Below the pieces are notes generated by a model. It searched no databases. It was not told where the DNA came from and saw only the letters and a list, made by a program, of their open reading frames with translations. A program made the position numbers and the translations under genes. This document shows positions 14,801 to 28,200 of a stretch of DNA of 64,000 bases, piece by piece; within the stretch, counting starts at the first letter, position 1; every line of letters begins with the position of its first letter. The DNA comes from Pavona decussata (Eukaryota): NCBI GenBank assembly GCA_977016875.1, contig CDRNST010000308.1:434001-498000 (forward strand), written 5' to 3'.

Positions 14801-17800
14801 ACACATCTTCGGTAGTGTTCGGAGTTGTACTCACGGTGAATCCTCCCTGGTTGTTGATGATCTCAATAAAGCCACTGATGATGTTGCACAAAGTAGAAAC
14901 AATGCTTAGGTTTGGCGCTGTTATGTACTGGAACCTATTGTAAGTTGAAAGGAAGCGAAGACCCACATCTATACTGTGTTCAAACAGCTCATGAAGATGA
15001 TAGAACGCTTCTGGGGGGAACTGTAAAGAAAGCAAAAACAGAACTGGATTATGACTTCATTAATTAATCCGACCCAGCATTATCCAGAGAAGCAAATCGC
15101 ACTGCACAATGGGAAAAGGGAATATCGAAACAAACTGAACCGAAGTCCAATTTTCCGGCTTTCCAAAAGTAGAAGGGCTAATATATTGTAACATACGACT
15201 TGAGTAACCAATTGGGTTGGCGGAACTATCGTATCTTGAGATGCTAAATTAACAAAGTCAGTCTTGGTCTAATTTGATGAGTTAACCGCTGGGCTTGGAT
15301 TATCAAACAAGGCCCTTTACAGCCCCCTCGCTGGATTTTGAAGTGTTACCTTTGCTTGCTCCTTAAGTCTTTGAATCCATGTTTTGACATATGGTCTCCA
15401 ACCGAGATCCTTAGGTTCCTACAGATATTTCAACAAAAGACTCATTGAGCAATAAATTAGTTCACTTTAATGGATGAAAGTCTGTTGCTTCACATGTAAT
15501 CGCACGAAAGGTCTGAAATGGCAGAAAAGGTTGTTAACTTTCATGTCATATGTGCCTATTGCTTCATGTCACGGTCACAGTTTAAGCTTAGTTTACTAGA
15601 TAATTAGGCCTTGTAAGGATTATTCCTAGCTAAAGTTAGTGTTGATGTTAGCGGTTATAGATCTAGAATAGATTATTCTAAGGAAATCTATTGGCGCATT
15701 TCAAAGAGATCTAAAGGTTTTAAATTAAAGGTTAGTGTAAGTAGTTTACTGTTAAGTTTTTGTCGGCGTGTTGACCCTTCTAAACTGGGGCTTAGACAGT
15801 CGAAATAGATAAGGGTGTTAGTTTCTAAAGAAACCGTGGTGCTGCGTCGGAGTTGGGAGTAAAAGCGACTGTTTGGTTTCATCAATTGAGTTGATAAGGT
15901 AATTTGGCTACCGTTAAGAAGTTCGAGATTCGAAACAGGATCCTGATACAAAGGATTAGCCTATGACTTCCATGTAAGCCTCAAAGTCGCTCTGACGAAG
16001 GGCTTACGCTCGAGACATCATCTCAGGAATCTCTGGCTAAATAATCTTAAACATTCCAGTTGACTTTTTTAAAAATAGGTCTAAGCCACGGTTTTGTTAA
16101 ACTCTGTAAAACACGTGGTTTAGATTATGGAGCTTAGGGTTTGGTTGGGGTTTAACCGCAGTCAAACGTAAAAAAAAATAAAAAAAAATAAAAAAAACCA
16201 AGAAAAGTCCATCAAATATAAAGTTTTTACTTTGCTAGAGCTCAAAGGTGTGAATGGTGAGTCTGTGCCGGAGTTAACTAAGTCATTTTCTGATTAATAC
16301 TAAAAAAGTTTCAAGACTTAGTATGTGGAGACTGATGGACGCTGTGTGCCTCTGTTTTTTGTTTGAATGTTTGACATCTGGAAAACCAATTCACCAAATG
16401 ATTCCTGAAACTTATTTAGTATATCGTAAAAATGCTTTAGTAAACTAACAGACTCACAAAAAACTTATCAGCTTGGAGTTCTCACAGCAAAAGCACTATC
16501 TTTGACGAACGTTTCTTATTTTTTACGTATGACCACTGTAAAGGTTAGGGTTAGAATCGACTTCACGCTGAAGGAAAACTAAAAGAGAGATTTAACATTA
16601 CGTTTACCGCGAACGGTAGAAATAATCACGTGACCATGTTTCTCCTTTCAGTTTCTCAGTAAAATTGGTTAGTTTTCCGTTAGCCTCATAGGTCAGAATT
16701 CTTTTGCACTATTCCCATCTACATGTACGTACTCATCTTTTCAAGAAAACGTCAACGCGAACTTCTCGTTTGCCGAACACACAACTCTAAATCTCTCTAA
16801 TTTGAAGCAAAACGGCTCCTAATCAGAATAAAAGAAAACAGCAAACTTACCATGTACACCATACCACAACGACTGACTGTCGCTGGGGAAGCCATTGCCA
16901 GGTTATCAACCTCAAACAAGATCCTCATTCCGTGACCCATGCCAATCCGCTCTCCATTGGCAAGACACAGTAACTGAAACAAGAGAACAATCAACAGGTC
17001 TATATCCTTAATTCTCATGACCTCAGGGTTTGAATAAGCATTCGTGTTACCAGGAGAAATTAGATGCTGATCACTGTTAGGGCTTAAAGGGTTAATTAGG
17101 GACGGTGCCTTCTAATACTGAGCTAATTTTGCGGGGTTTATGGCAATGCAGTAAAACAGATCTTAGCATGGAATCCAAAAAGAATATTGGGGGTAGCGCG
17201 CATTTTCACGAATAATTATCCAACAATATTACCCATACAATATTTTCATTTTGGATTTCAATCTATGTACCTTAGTGTCATCCAAAACAGTGTTAAGATT
17301 CTCAATCCAGAGCGTATCAACAGGTCCATCCATAACAATCCAGTACCAGTAGACAGGCGCTTCTTCTTTGTTGATGATACTGCCTTCCTCTGTCGCAGCC
17401 GCTGTTTCTCCTACACAAAAGAGAAATGAAAAAAAAAATCAAGCCAATATATCGCTGCCCAACTTCAATTAGACAATAGTGCTCTAAATTCATTAATTTG
17501 TTCATTCATTTGTTTGTTTATTTATTTATAGATTCGCCAACAACAAGGCTACACAACTGGGTTACACACCCGACCCACCCCCTTACCATCCCGTACCATT
17601 CGAGTACAAAGTCGGTGAGTTTAGCTGATCAAGTACGCTACCATTCAATCAATCAAATGACCAGCAACTCAGCCCTTCAACCAAGCAGTCTTTCAGTCAG
17701 TTAGCCAGCGAAATTTTCAATCCCTTTGCTTTCACGATTGTTTTTTGGATAACTTTTAATTCTCAACTAGTGTATTTTATTCGATAATTAGAAATTCTAA

Positions 17801-18668
17801 CTATTTTAGACCATAGGAATGTAAGCTGTGTAGTCAATGGGTTAATTCCAACTTTCGGGACCGTGGAGAGTTTGTCAGCCTATAAGTAATCACCAACATT
17901 TGTACGGCACGCGTATAGGCTACATATAGCCTCTTGTTCAGTCAAGTTCGGTCAATTAGTGAGCCAGTTAGTTCATCAAACAGCCAGTCCTTTATTTAGC
18001 CCATCAGTCACTTAGTCAGTCAGTCAGTCAGTCAGTCAGTCAGTCACTTAGTCAGTCAGTCAGTCAGTCAGTCAGTCAGTCAGTCAGTCAGTCAGCCAGT
18101 CAGTCAGTTAGTCACACAGGCAGCCTTTACTACAACAAGCCAAAACGTCAGTCGTTCAGTCAGCTAGTAAGCTTGTTTTACTAAGTTACTTAGTCAGCCA
18201 GCAGTCAGTCAGTCAATCAGTCAGTCAGTAAAGTAGCCAGACAACCAGTGACTTAGCGAATCAGCCAGCCAGCCAGCAGTCAGTCAGGCAGCCTTTACTA
18301 CAGCAAGCAAAAACGTCAGTCGTTCAGTCAGCTAGTAAACTTGTTTTACTAAGTTACTTGGTCAGCCAGAACGTTAATCTGTGTCAGTCAGTCAATCAGT
18401 CAGTCAGTAAAGTAGCCAGACAACCAGTGACTTAACGAATCAGCCAGCCAGCCAGCAGTCAGTCAGTCAGTCAGTCAGACAGTCAGTCAGTCAGTCAGTC
18501 AGTCAGTCAGTCAGGCAGTCAGACAGTCAGTCAGTCAGTCAGTCAGTTCGTCAGGCAGGCAGCCTTTACTAAAGCAAGCCAAAACGTCAGTCGTTCAGTC
18601 AGCTAGTAAGCTTGTTTTACTAAGTTACTTGGTCAGCCAGGGCTGAGTTGCTCGAAGCATGGTTGGCG

Positions 18669-18705
<37 letters not shown>

Positions 18706-21700
18706 GCCATGACATTTAACCCGGGTTAGCGCTAACCATGCTTCGAGCAACTGGGCCCAGAACGTTAATCTGCGTCAGTCAGTCAATCAGTCAGTCAGTA
18801 AAGTAGCCAGACAACCAGTGACTTAACGAGTCAGCCAGCCAGCCAGCAGTCAGTCAGTCAGTCAGTCAGTCAGTCAATCAGTCAGTCACTTGGTAAGTCC
18901 GGCGACCAGTCATTTTGTTAATTAACCTAACACTCTGTCAGTCATTAGGTCAGCCAAGTAGTCTCTGTTTTCCTCCCATTAGCCAATCTCACCTTCACTT
19001 TTGTCCTCCAAGCTAACAGGAGACATCACACTGGTGTCTATAGACTTGGCGGAAGAGGCTCTGGATGGATTGGTTGGGACGGGGGTTGAAGAGCTCGTCT
19101 TCCGTCTTGTGCCACGTACAAGCCCTCTGCTGTTCTTAGCGTATTTACGGTATATGTGTGACAGAAGACCGTCCTTCCACTCCATGGTGGTGGGGTTAAT
19201 CTCTCCATACAGCTCGCCTACTGTCACGCACTTGGGATTCAGAGTAGACACGTGAACTGAGCCACGCTTGGTCTTGGCGGTGAGCTGTGTTAACAAAGCA
19301 GTGCAAGTTAGATTGTTCTTAATGAGATTCCATCAAAAAAGAAGCTGTATTATTATTTTTTAATTTAGCACAGTTGTTCATCACACCTAATACCCTCTCT
19401 TTTACTTTTATTTTCTTGATGTTACCATGCTTGTTTTTAAGGTATAGGGCTGTAGTATACAACCACTTTGCTAGCTTGTGACAGGAGTTTTTAGAGAACC
19501 TTTTTCCACGAAAGAGGGCCCAAGATAATCGGCCATTTTCAAGTTGTTGTGAGCCTCATTAAGAAAGTGAAACTAAGTGCAAAACTTTTCATAGGAAAAT
19601 TAAGTTTGTTTGCATATGAATGAAAACTAATTTTCACAATAAAAACTTTGAACTTAGCCTCGCTTTCATAATGAGGTTCAAAGCAACTCGGAAAATTTGC
19701 AGAATTACGTTTCCTGGTATGTAGTGCAGAATGATTTAAAATATAACCATGTTCGTAAAATGTGTTCAAATGTCAAACGCCTGAAAAAAAAAAAGAACAA
19801 ATAAAAGCTTTCAGTTAAAGTAATTAATCCCGCAATGTAGTGCAGGTAAATAGGTAGAATAAGACAGCTCGGCTAAGTCACATATTCGATGCAATGTAAA
19901 ATCGATGTTAAAACGAAGTTAAACAATAAAACCACGGCAATCCGAAATATATTTTACTTTTCGAGCCTCTTCAGTCGTCCGCCACAAAAAAACTTTCCTC
20001 AAATTGTTCATGTTAGAACCCTTGAGCCAGAACATTAGGTCGCTGATTTCATGTAAGCCGTCAAGAGATATCCTATCTTGGTAAGACCGCTCTCGAGCTT
20101 TCTGACACTTTTTTCATTCTAAGTCTCTCGGAGATCTGTCTCGGCATGGCGCAATGCCTCACTCTAGAATAAACCCTGTGTCAGGCCTTACATTCGTAAT
20201 TTTAGGGTACACCTGTTTAAGATCTCCAAGACGTACACTTTCCGAGTCAGTACACTTACCACGTAGGAAAGCGCAGTCTTTGAAGACCCACCCTCATCAG
20301 GCTCGTCTACAGTTCCCGGATGTTGGCGTTGTTGTTGTTGTTGTTTTTGCTGTTCCCGCGCTTGAATGGTTGGCAGGACAACAAGCGCGCGCTTGAGGAT
20401 CTGACGCGTGGTTGTCTTGCCGCCACCAGCGGGTCCCACGAGCATGACTCCATGTCGGACTTGTAATGTACTGTTTAACTGGATCACTTTGTCGATTTGA
20501 GTGGGCCAGTACTGAATAGACAGCTCACCTAATGCAGACCTGGCGGCTTTCTGCAAACAACAAACGATACGGTTAAATCTCGATACCTTTAAAATGTAAG
20601 CGGAGATGTAGAACGTCTCCAGTATATAAACAGAAACTTTTCAGGTATATTTGTTAGTGTGGATTTCACTTTACTTTCAGAATTAATTTCACGTTTGCAT
20701 TGCCTCTTTGGCCCGGCGTTTGTCCTTGTGGTCTTCTTTTGCCAGAACTTTAACATCCCCAAGTTCAATCAATGTAGCGGTTAGAGAGTGGGCTTGAACT
20801 CTGACCACTCGGCCACGCTGCCCCCACTGCATGTTTGTCGCCGTGATAAAACCATCAACTAAGTGTTGTCGCGAAGTTTTATTTTGCTCCTTCCACCTAG
20901 AGAATGACGGATTTCCCCCACAAAATACTCCACGATAGGGGAAAAGGACTTGTCAGGTACAACTCGTTTGGATGGAACTTGCTTTGTGTTATTTGTTAAC
21001 TGTATTCACCTTGAGCAACTTGTTATCTGGACCAGCTGGGTCCATGCCAGGAAAGAGATCCGCCAAGATGCTATTAAACAGTGGCACATCCTCAGCTACG
21101 AATTTAGGAATGTTAGCATCCTTCACAGCATTGATGATGATGTGCGACTCCTCTTCTTCCAACGTTTCTGATTCCATGTTGAGACTAACGAGAAGTAACA
21201 GAATTTATCAAGAAACGCACAAAATAAGAAGCGAGTTTGATTCAAGTGCAATTGATAACACCAATTGTTTAATTGGATACATATGAGTCTCTCCAGGTAA
21301 TAGCCGAAAAAAAGCGATTTGCTAAGATATGCAACACGCTATAATCTCGAAGTTGTTATCTTAGGTGGTTCGAAACAGAAAAGCTCCCTGAGTTTTAGCA
21401 ACTGAAAAACCAGCCATCACTGGCGTCAATCAACTGTCAACAGGTTCTCTAAATTATGCGTTAATCAACGCCATTGTCCAATTTCGTTTTAAGAGCAGGA
21501 GCACTTACATGTTCAGTGATTACTGAATATCGCAGTGTAGCTCATCTGGACTAGTGCAACACACATACGTTTCATTACACCACTAAATAACCAATGCGTT
21601 ATGCCTTGTGGAACAACGCTTAAGAAATGTGTCATTTATAGCTCAATTATGTTTCTGACATTAAAAAACAATTTTTCCTTAAACTGACTTGGAGTTTAAA

Positions 21701-24700
21701 ATATTAATCGGCCGGAGTCATGAAAATCACGTCTTGACGTCTTGCCCACCTTTCATTCACTTAACTTCGGCAATAATTCTTTTGTGACTTTGAAGCCGCA
21801 ACATACAGTTCAAAGTTGACTATTAAATGGGAAGGGAAGGATAAAAGTGATGGGGGCTCGAGGCAGGGTGGGAGGACATGTTGGGGAGCTTGTTGAAGGC
21901 CGACGCTAGGTTGAACTTTCACGGTAATTGGATGTACAATGATACCCTCTTCTCCAGTGATAGGTGATCACATAAAATGTTTTCCCTTCCTTTGGATTTA
22001 ATGGGGCTTCATTTATCATTGTTTTTGAACCGAGACTTCCACGATTCTTGTTAAGTATTGCAGACAAAAGTTATTTACCCAGCAGCCCTTCTGCGCTGCG
22101 CAGCCATAAGAAGAACAGACTTGATAGCACGCAGTCCAAAGTCATAGTGATCCTATAAAGAACAAAAAGAAACGAGAGAGAAAAAAAAAACAGTTTTGAC
22201 AATACGGTACAACACTTATTGAAAACTTCCCCTTGGGGCTTTTTAGTGAACAACAATAAAATATACATGACCAACTAACAACATATAAATATATACATTG
22301 AAAAAAAGGGGGGATGTAGATGTAGATGATGTAGGTACAAAGTGCAAAGACAGAACAACAATATATTTAGATTGATGTCAAACATCAGAAACCAAACCAG
22401 GATAGTGTGCTTACTAGGAGCCTAGGCTTTAACCCCGATAGTGACAGCGTCAAACTATCTTCATTACATCACAAGTAGACCACAAATACACGTCACGAGA
22501 AAGAGAAACAAAGGATATGGCCACCCAAGGTCAAACATGTTGCTGTTTACACAGTCTCTCAACTAGTACCAAAGGAAGTTTATGAAGAGAAGTAAGGAGC
22601 TTTATTCATGTTGACATCGAAAATATGATGTATTGAAAAAAGGGGAAATGAGATGACCTCCCTCCTTTGACGCACATGGATGGCCCAGTAGACCTGCAAC
22701 CCTGCAAAAGCTCTATTTTTACTGGACCCTGATAACCTGCAGCTGCATTGTTTTTAGGGTTGGGAACATTGTTCTGTTTTTTCGTTGTTCTGTCCTCTCG
22801 ACCAACCATGTAAGCCGTTGTTAATGGAGCAGGTCGCCTTGGAAGGCCATGTATTTTACTTCAGTAGCTCACCTGTTGAGAGAGCTGTTTGCTCGCCAGT
22901 TGATACAGGTTGACAACTTTTCTTGATAACAGAGCAGCTGCCGTAAACCCACCAGAGAACAAGATGATCTCTGCAATCAAAGCATAGTCAGGAGCCATCA
23001 TGGCCACAGGACGAAACAGGGATTTCAAATTGTCGGGTAGCTCCACTCGACCGGCATACCTGGGAAAACAAAAAGGATATATACCATCAAAATTATTCCA
23101 TTGCGCATATGCCACACATTGACATTCCAATCCTAGCAGTATATGTAGGATGTTTGTCCTATGAACCTAGTTTAAGGTTACCCAGTACCTTGAGAGGTGT
23201 CTTTAGAGGTGACTCGCGTCCAAGCGATGTAGCGCGTCCGGTTTAAACTGTAGATACCTGAACCCTTATATCAAATCAAAGCTTATAGAGCTGGCTATCC
23301 AACTAAACCAAGAATTTTGAAATAAAATGAATTGCCGAATTTTCAGCGCTGTTTTCTCGAATAAATTTTTTTCACTTGGAGGAGCCACTTCAAAGAGCTA
23401 AAAATCAAAAGGAATTTGTTCGTTTGCCTTCAAATTTGGACAGTAGCTAGTTTAACATATAAACAACAAAAAGGTTTCGGCGAATTTTTTCTTTCGAAAT
23501 ATTTTTTCTCCGAGAGCGATTTTTGTACGATTACTCCACATTTTTTTCATCCTATTTCGAAAATGCTCTATAACTTTTCACTGCGATTGAATATGACAAA
23601 ACGCAGACAAGTTTTTTTAGCGCTTTGGGTCCGTAAACTGAGGAGCAAATTAAATTAGCAAAAAACAAAATTCACTTTGACTAGTAGCTTTAAAATGGTG
23701 ATTCAGACGCTCGGAATTAGAGGTCGTGAAAAATTCGACAATTTATTTTATTTCAAAATTCTTGGTATGGTTTGATAGTCAGCTCTATAAGCTCTAAATT
23801 GATATAGAGGTTTAGATGTCTACAGTTTAAACTGGACGCGCTACATTGCTTAAACGCGAGACACCTCTGAAGGTATCGCGTAACCTTAATGCCCTCAGCT
23901 CCAACGAGTCTCCTGTTGCTCAGTGGTAGAACACTTCAAGGAACAATGCTATCAAACTGTCTCTTAGCTCAACTCGACCAGCATATCAAGTAAAGCAGAA
24001 ACGATGAAACAGCAAGTTTTGCAAAGGCGCTATGAAAGAACAGTGATTTCAAACTTTCTGGTATCCCAACTCGACTGGCCATACCAAGGTAAAAAAACAA
24101 TCAAATAATTAAGTAAAAAATAAACAAAAAACTAGCCAATGCTAGGCATCGAAAAAGAAAAGTGATCTCGAATCCTCGGGGAACTCAACTAGACAAGCGA
24201 GTTGGTGAGACAACAACAATAAAACAAATTACTTGTGACGGGAGGGATCAGAGCTTGGCCCATCAGGACTGGTCCACGGAATGTCACTTCTACCACAACT
24301 TCATTCCTTACCATCACGTGCTTATATTGGAAATGTACACATGAAAGGGGCTTTCCAAAAAAGGGCTTTCCATGTTTAGGACAAGTCTGTGTGGCATGAC
24401 ATCCGTCAGACTATGAAGTTGTGGCTTTTGAGAAGTTCACTGAATCGCTAGTTTTGTTACTCCCCAACTAGACAAGGCGCTTACGTCTTCCTAAACCAAG
24501 GTTTCATGGTAATTTTGACTTGTCTCAGGGGCTCTTTAAAAACTTGATGCTACTCCGAAACTCTCCATTCCTTAATATACATTGCTTACCCAGGGTTCAT
24601 CGTTATGAACATTCCGCAGTTGGGGTTCAGTTTGATGTCTCTTCCCTCGAACAAAAACCTGTCAGGACAAATTACAATTCAAGGAATAAAGCAGAGATAT

Positions 24701-25078
24701 ACCTAAGACTTCCTGCTCCGTATTATTATTGCTCCAGAATTATTTTCCACTATTCTCATCTATGTACTCATTTTTTCAAGAAAATAAAAACACGAATCTC
24801 ACGTTTGCCTTTTGCGTCAACGCGATTCTAAATCGCTCAATTGTCAAGAGTTACAAACCGTCGGAGACGTTACAAATGGTTGCATACCATCACAAGAAAG
24901 TTACAACTTCTTCGAGTGAGCAGGTTACCAAGCTTAAGCTTGAAAACAAAGAGAGGTACTTACATTGAATATTCTATAACTGCGTTTGTCGCATTCTGTT
25001 ATTGACACAATTAATTGGTAATCGGGCATAAATTACTCGCCCGATTGTACTCCACTCAGTCCTATTACGGTTACTAAT

Positions 25079-25125
<47 letters not shown>

Positions 25126-25233
25126 GCGAGATACTCAGGTTTCCTATGGGTGGTGCCTACTAATACAGGAATATTTTTGCGCGGTTTAAAACTATACGGA
25201 GAAAGCAGAACTTACCAAATGCCTTGGTATCTC

Positions 25234-25264
<31 letters not shown>

Positions 25265-28200
25265 CCGAGAAAATTAAGCTTCAATTTAGGAAAAAATCCC
25301 ATACATTGCTTTATATTTTGGCGCTTTTTAGAGATATTGTTGCTTAATTATCTCTGAAAAATGCGTGGTTACCCCCAATTTTCTTTTTGGATTCCAATAG
25401 GCCTTGCTAAGATCTGCTTTTCCCGCATAGTCATAAACCGTACAAAAATACTTCGGTATTAGTAGGCACCGTCCTTAATAAATTATAGTTGCAGTAGTGC
25501 GGATAAGTCTCACCTAGTGACACCATTGTCTTTAGCCGTTTTAATAGTATGCAACTGTTGAGCAATGACTGATAACACTTCAACGTCAATACGGTTAAAC
25601 TCATCAAAGCAAAACCATGAGCCAGATTGAGCCAGACCTGAGAAAAACTTGCCCATCATCTGTTAAAAGACAAACGGTGCATCTCTTTACTCCATTTAAT
25701 GGGTCTGTTGTAATTTTAAATAGACTCAGGTAAATGGTAGTAATCAACTATCAATTATATTTAGATCTGATACGGGAAAAAGGCATAACATGTGAGAGAT
25801 CACCACTAAAATAACGTTCTCCTAGTCTGACAGTATTCATCTATGGAGAGCCATTATACAACAACAACAACAATTGCATAACTCACAATTCTTAACGAAA
25901 AGGTTGCTTTAGATCTTGGATGTATGTTTGCCTTTTCATTTCAAATTTAAGATGCCAGTTTTTGTGCCGGATTTTTGTATGAAAGAAAATTCTTTCGGAA
26001 GTGAACAATACCATCAAAAGGGTGCCTCTGTCAAACTACTTTCAATCTGAGAGTTTTCCTGCAAAATTTGATGTCCAAAACCACTTTGTTTTATGAAAAG
26101 AACTTCCCACGGGGACTCTCAGCAGACAGTCCCTCGACACATGCGCGCCAAATATTAATGGAAACGAACCAATCAGATTTGCTTATTCAAACTGAGCCAA
26201 AATAATCAGCACCAATACCTTGTAATCGAGTCCTTCAGAGCAGTTAAAGACCAAGCACTGTTTCCCCATAGCCTGACAGAAAAGATACAGGAAAACGTTA
26301 GATTATAGAACCATAGTTCCTTAAAGAAAGATTTGGTAAGCGGGAGGTCATTAGGGAAAACGAATTGGCGAAAAAGTCTTTAACTGAGAATGATGTATTA
26401 TTCAGTGAGTGACATAAGCACACTAGGTAAAAAGGAAATCCGAGTGCTCCTATCAGGAGGCGAACCTAAGACATTCCGTTTGCAAGTTCGGATGCTCTAC
26501 CACTGAGCTACAGGAGACTCGTGGGAGCTAGGGCCATTAAACTAAGTTCATGGGACAAATATCCTGCATACTTTTCCTTCACAATGGAAAAGTCAGTTTA
26601 CTTGTCCAATGGACTGAAACACGAGACCTTATTTCTAGTGAAGGAAAAGTGAATTTCCAATGCCGCGCAAATTTTACGTTCGTACATACTGGCTTTAGGT
26701 ACGTTAAAATAGGATAAGGAGCAACATATGAACACTATACGTACTTAGCTGAGTGCTATTGAACTTTTTACGTTTTACTCAAGCGACTCTGAACACATGG
26801 CCTGTTATTTAATTTACGTACCAGAACCAGTCACATTTACGCCCGTTCGCGGGTAAAATGTATGTGGCAGTGGAAATCCACCTTGTTCTTGAAGAAGTAA
26901 CAAGAGTATTAGTTCTTCCCTTAAGATTTCATTTGTTGCAAAGCTACAACACGAAGACACATCAGAAAAATGCGTGTTCTCCGCTCTTTACTACCTTAGC
27001 GAGATCCTTGACAGTCTCTGTTTTTCCAGTACCAGCCGGGCCAGCTGGTGCACCATTCAAATGAAGATTAAGCGCTCCAGTTAGGGTAAGGTAACATCTG
27101 TCGGTCAGGGGTGTGATAACAAGGCGTGGAGAGCACCCCAAGTATTCATAGCCATAATCAAACACTGCGTTGCTGTGGCGGACCATACAGGAATGTTTTT
27201 CATCATTCCACTCATACCGCAACTGCCTGCAGAAAAATAGATCCAACAACAACAACAACAATCCTTATTTCTTAATTCTTACCAATTTACAATTGGACTG
27301 GCTCGCAGGTAGCTACTGCTAGTCTTGGGCGGGTATGGATATTTAAGTTTAATTGCAAATTCTTTATTTTATGTGTCAATAGTAGTAAAATAAATGAAAA
27401 ATAAGTAAAACAAGAAGAAGAGAGAATAGAAAGGAGTGAAAGAAAGAAGCAGAGATTTAAGGCAACGTTGGTTAGGATGAGGAATTATAAAGAATGAAGA
27501 ATGAATTATGAAGATGCGATTTAAAGGGTCAGGCTGTCTCCAGAGGAGAACCCAGTCAGCTTCATCGACCACCAAAACCAACTGTAAAGTTTATTTCACG
27601 CCGCGAAGCCAAAGCGTAAACCATTCGAGTCTGTGGGTGAAAACTTAACGTGTGTTCGAGCAGAAAAAGGCGTCTGCTCGTGGAGGTTAATGTATTTTAT
27701 GTGCTCTGTTTATTATGCTTAAGTGGTTGGTTTAACTTTTCGGATACGAAGTTATTCCCAAGGTGCCCCCTTCCAAGTGAAAGCTACTGAGCATCACTAT
27801 TAGTTTTTGGGCTTTTCGTCCTGGATATCATGACAATTTTGAGCGTCTAACTTGCACTGCAGTCTACTACCTTTAATATGCCTGCTTACCTAGTCCATTC
27901 GAAATCTTCTTGGTGATAAACCTGGTTGGTGATCATAGAGTCCAGCACATCACGAGCATGTACCTCAATTGTTAATAGAGCTTCAAGAGTCTGGTGCTGA
28001 TGTGGGACCAAGGATGACATCGAAATCTGAGACAGACTGTGAAGAATGGACACTTGCTTCTCTCTTTTGCTTTGAAGGGCATCTTTTGCTCTCGTGGTAT
28101 GGAAACATTTCAATACATCGCGACTGAACACTATTTGAGACTGATAAGAAAGACAAATTACGATTGAACACCAAGACAGCTGCGTTTATTCATCTAACTT

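Noticed and set aside
13918-14943. Plus-strand ORFs overlapping large exons as antisense genes
   Set aside because: Typical antisense shadows of coding sequence with no recognisable domains.
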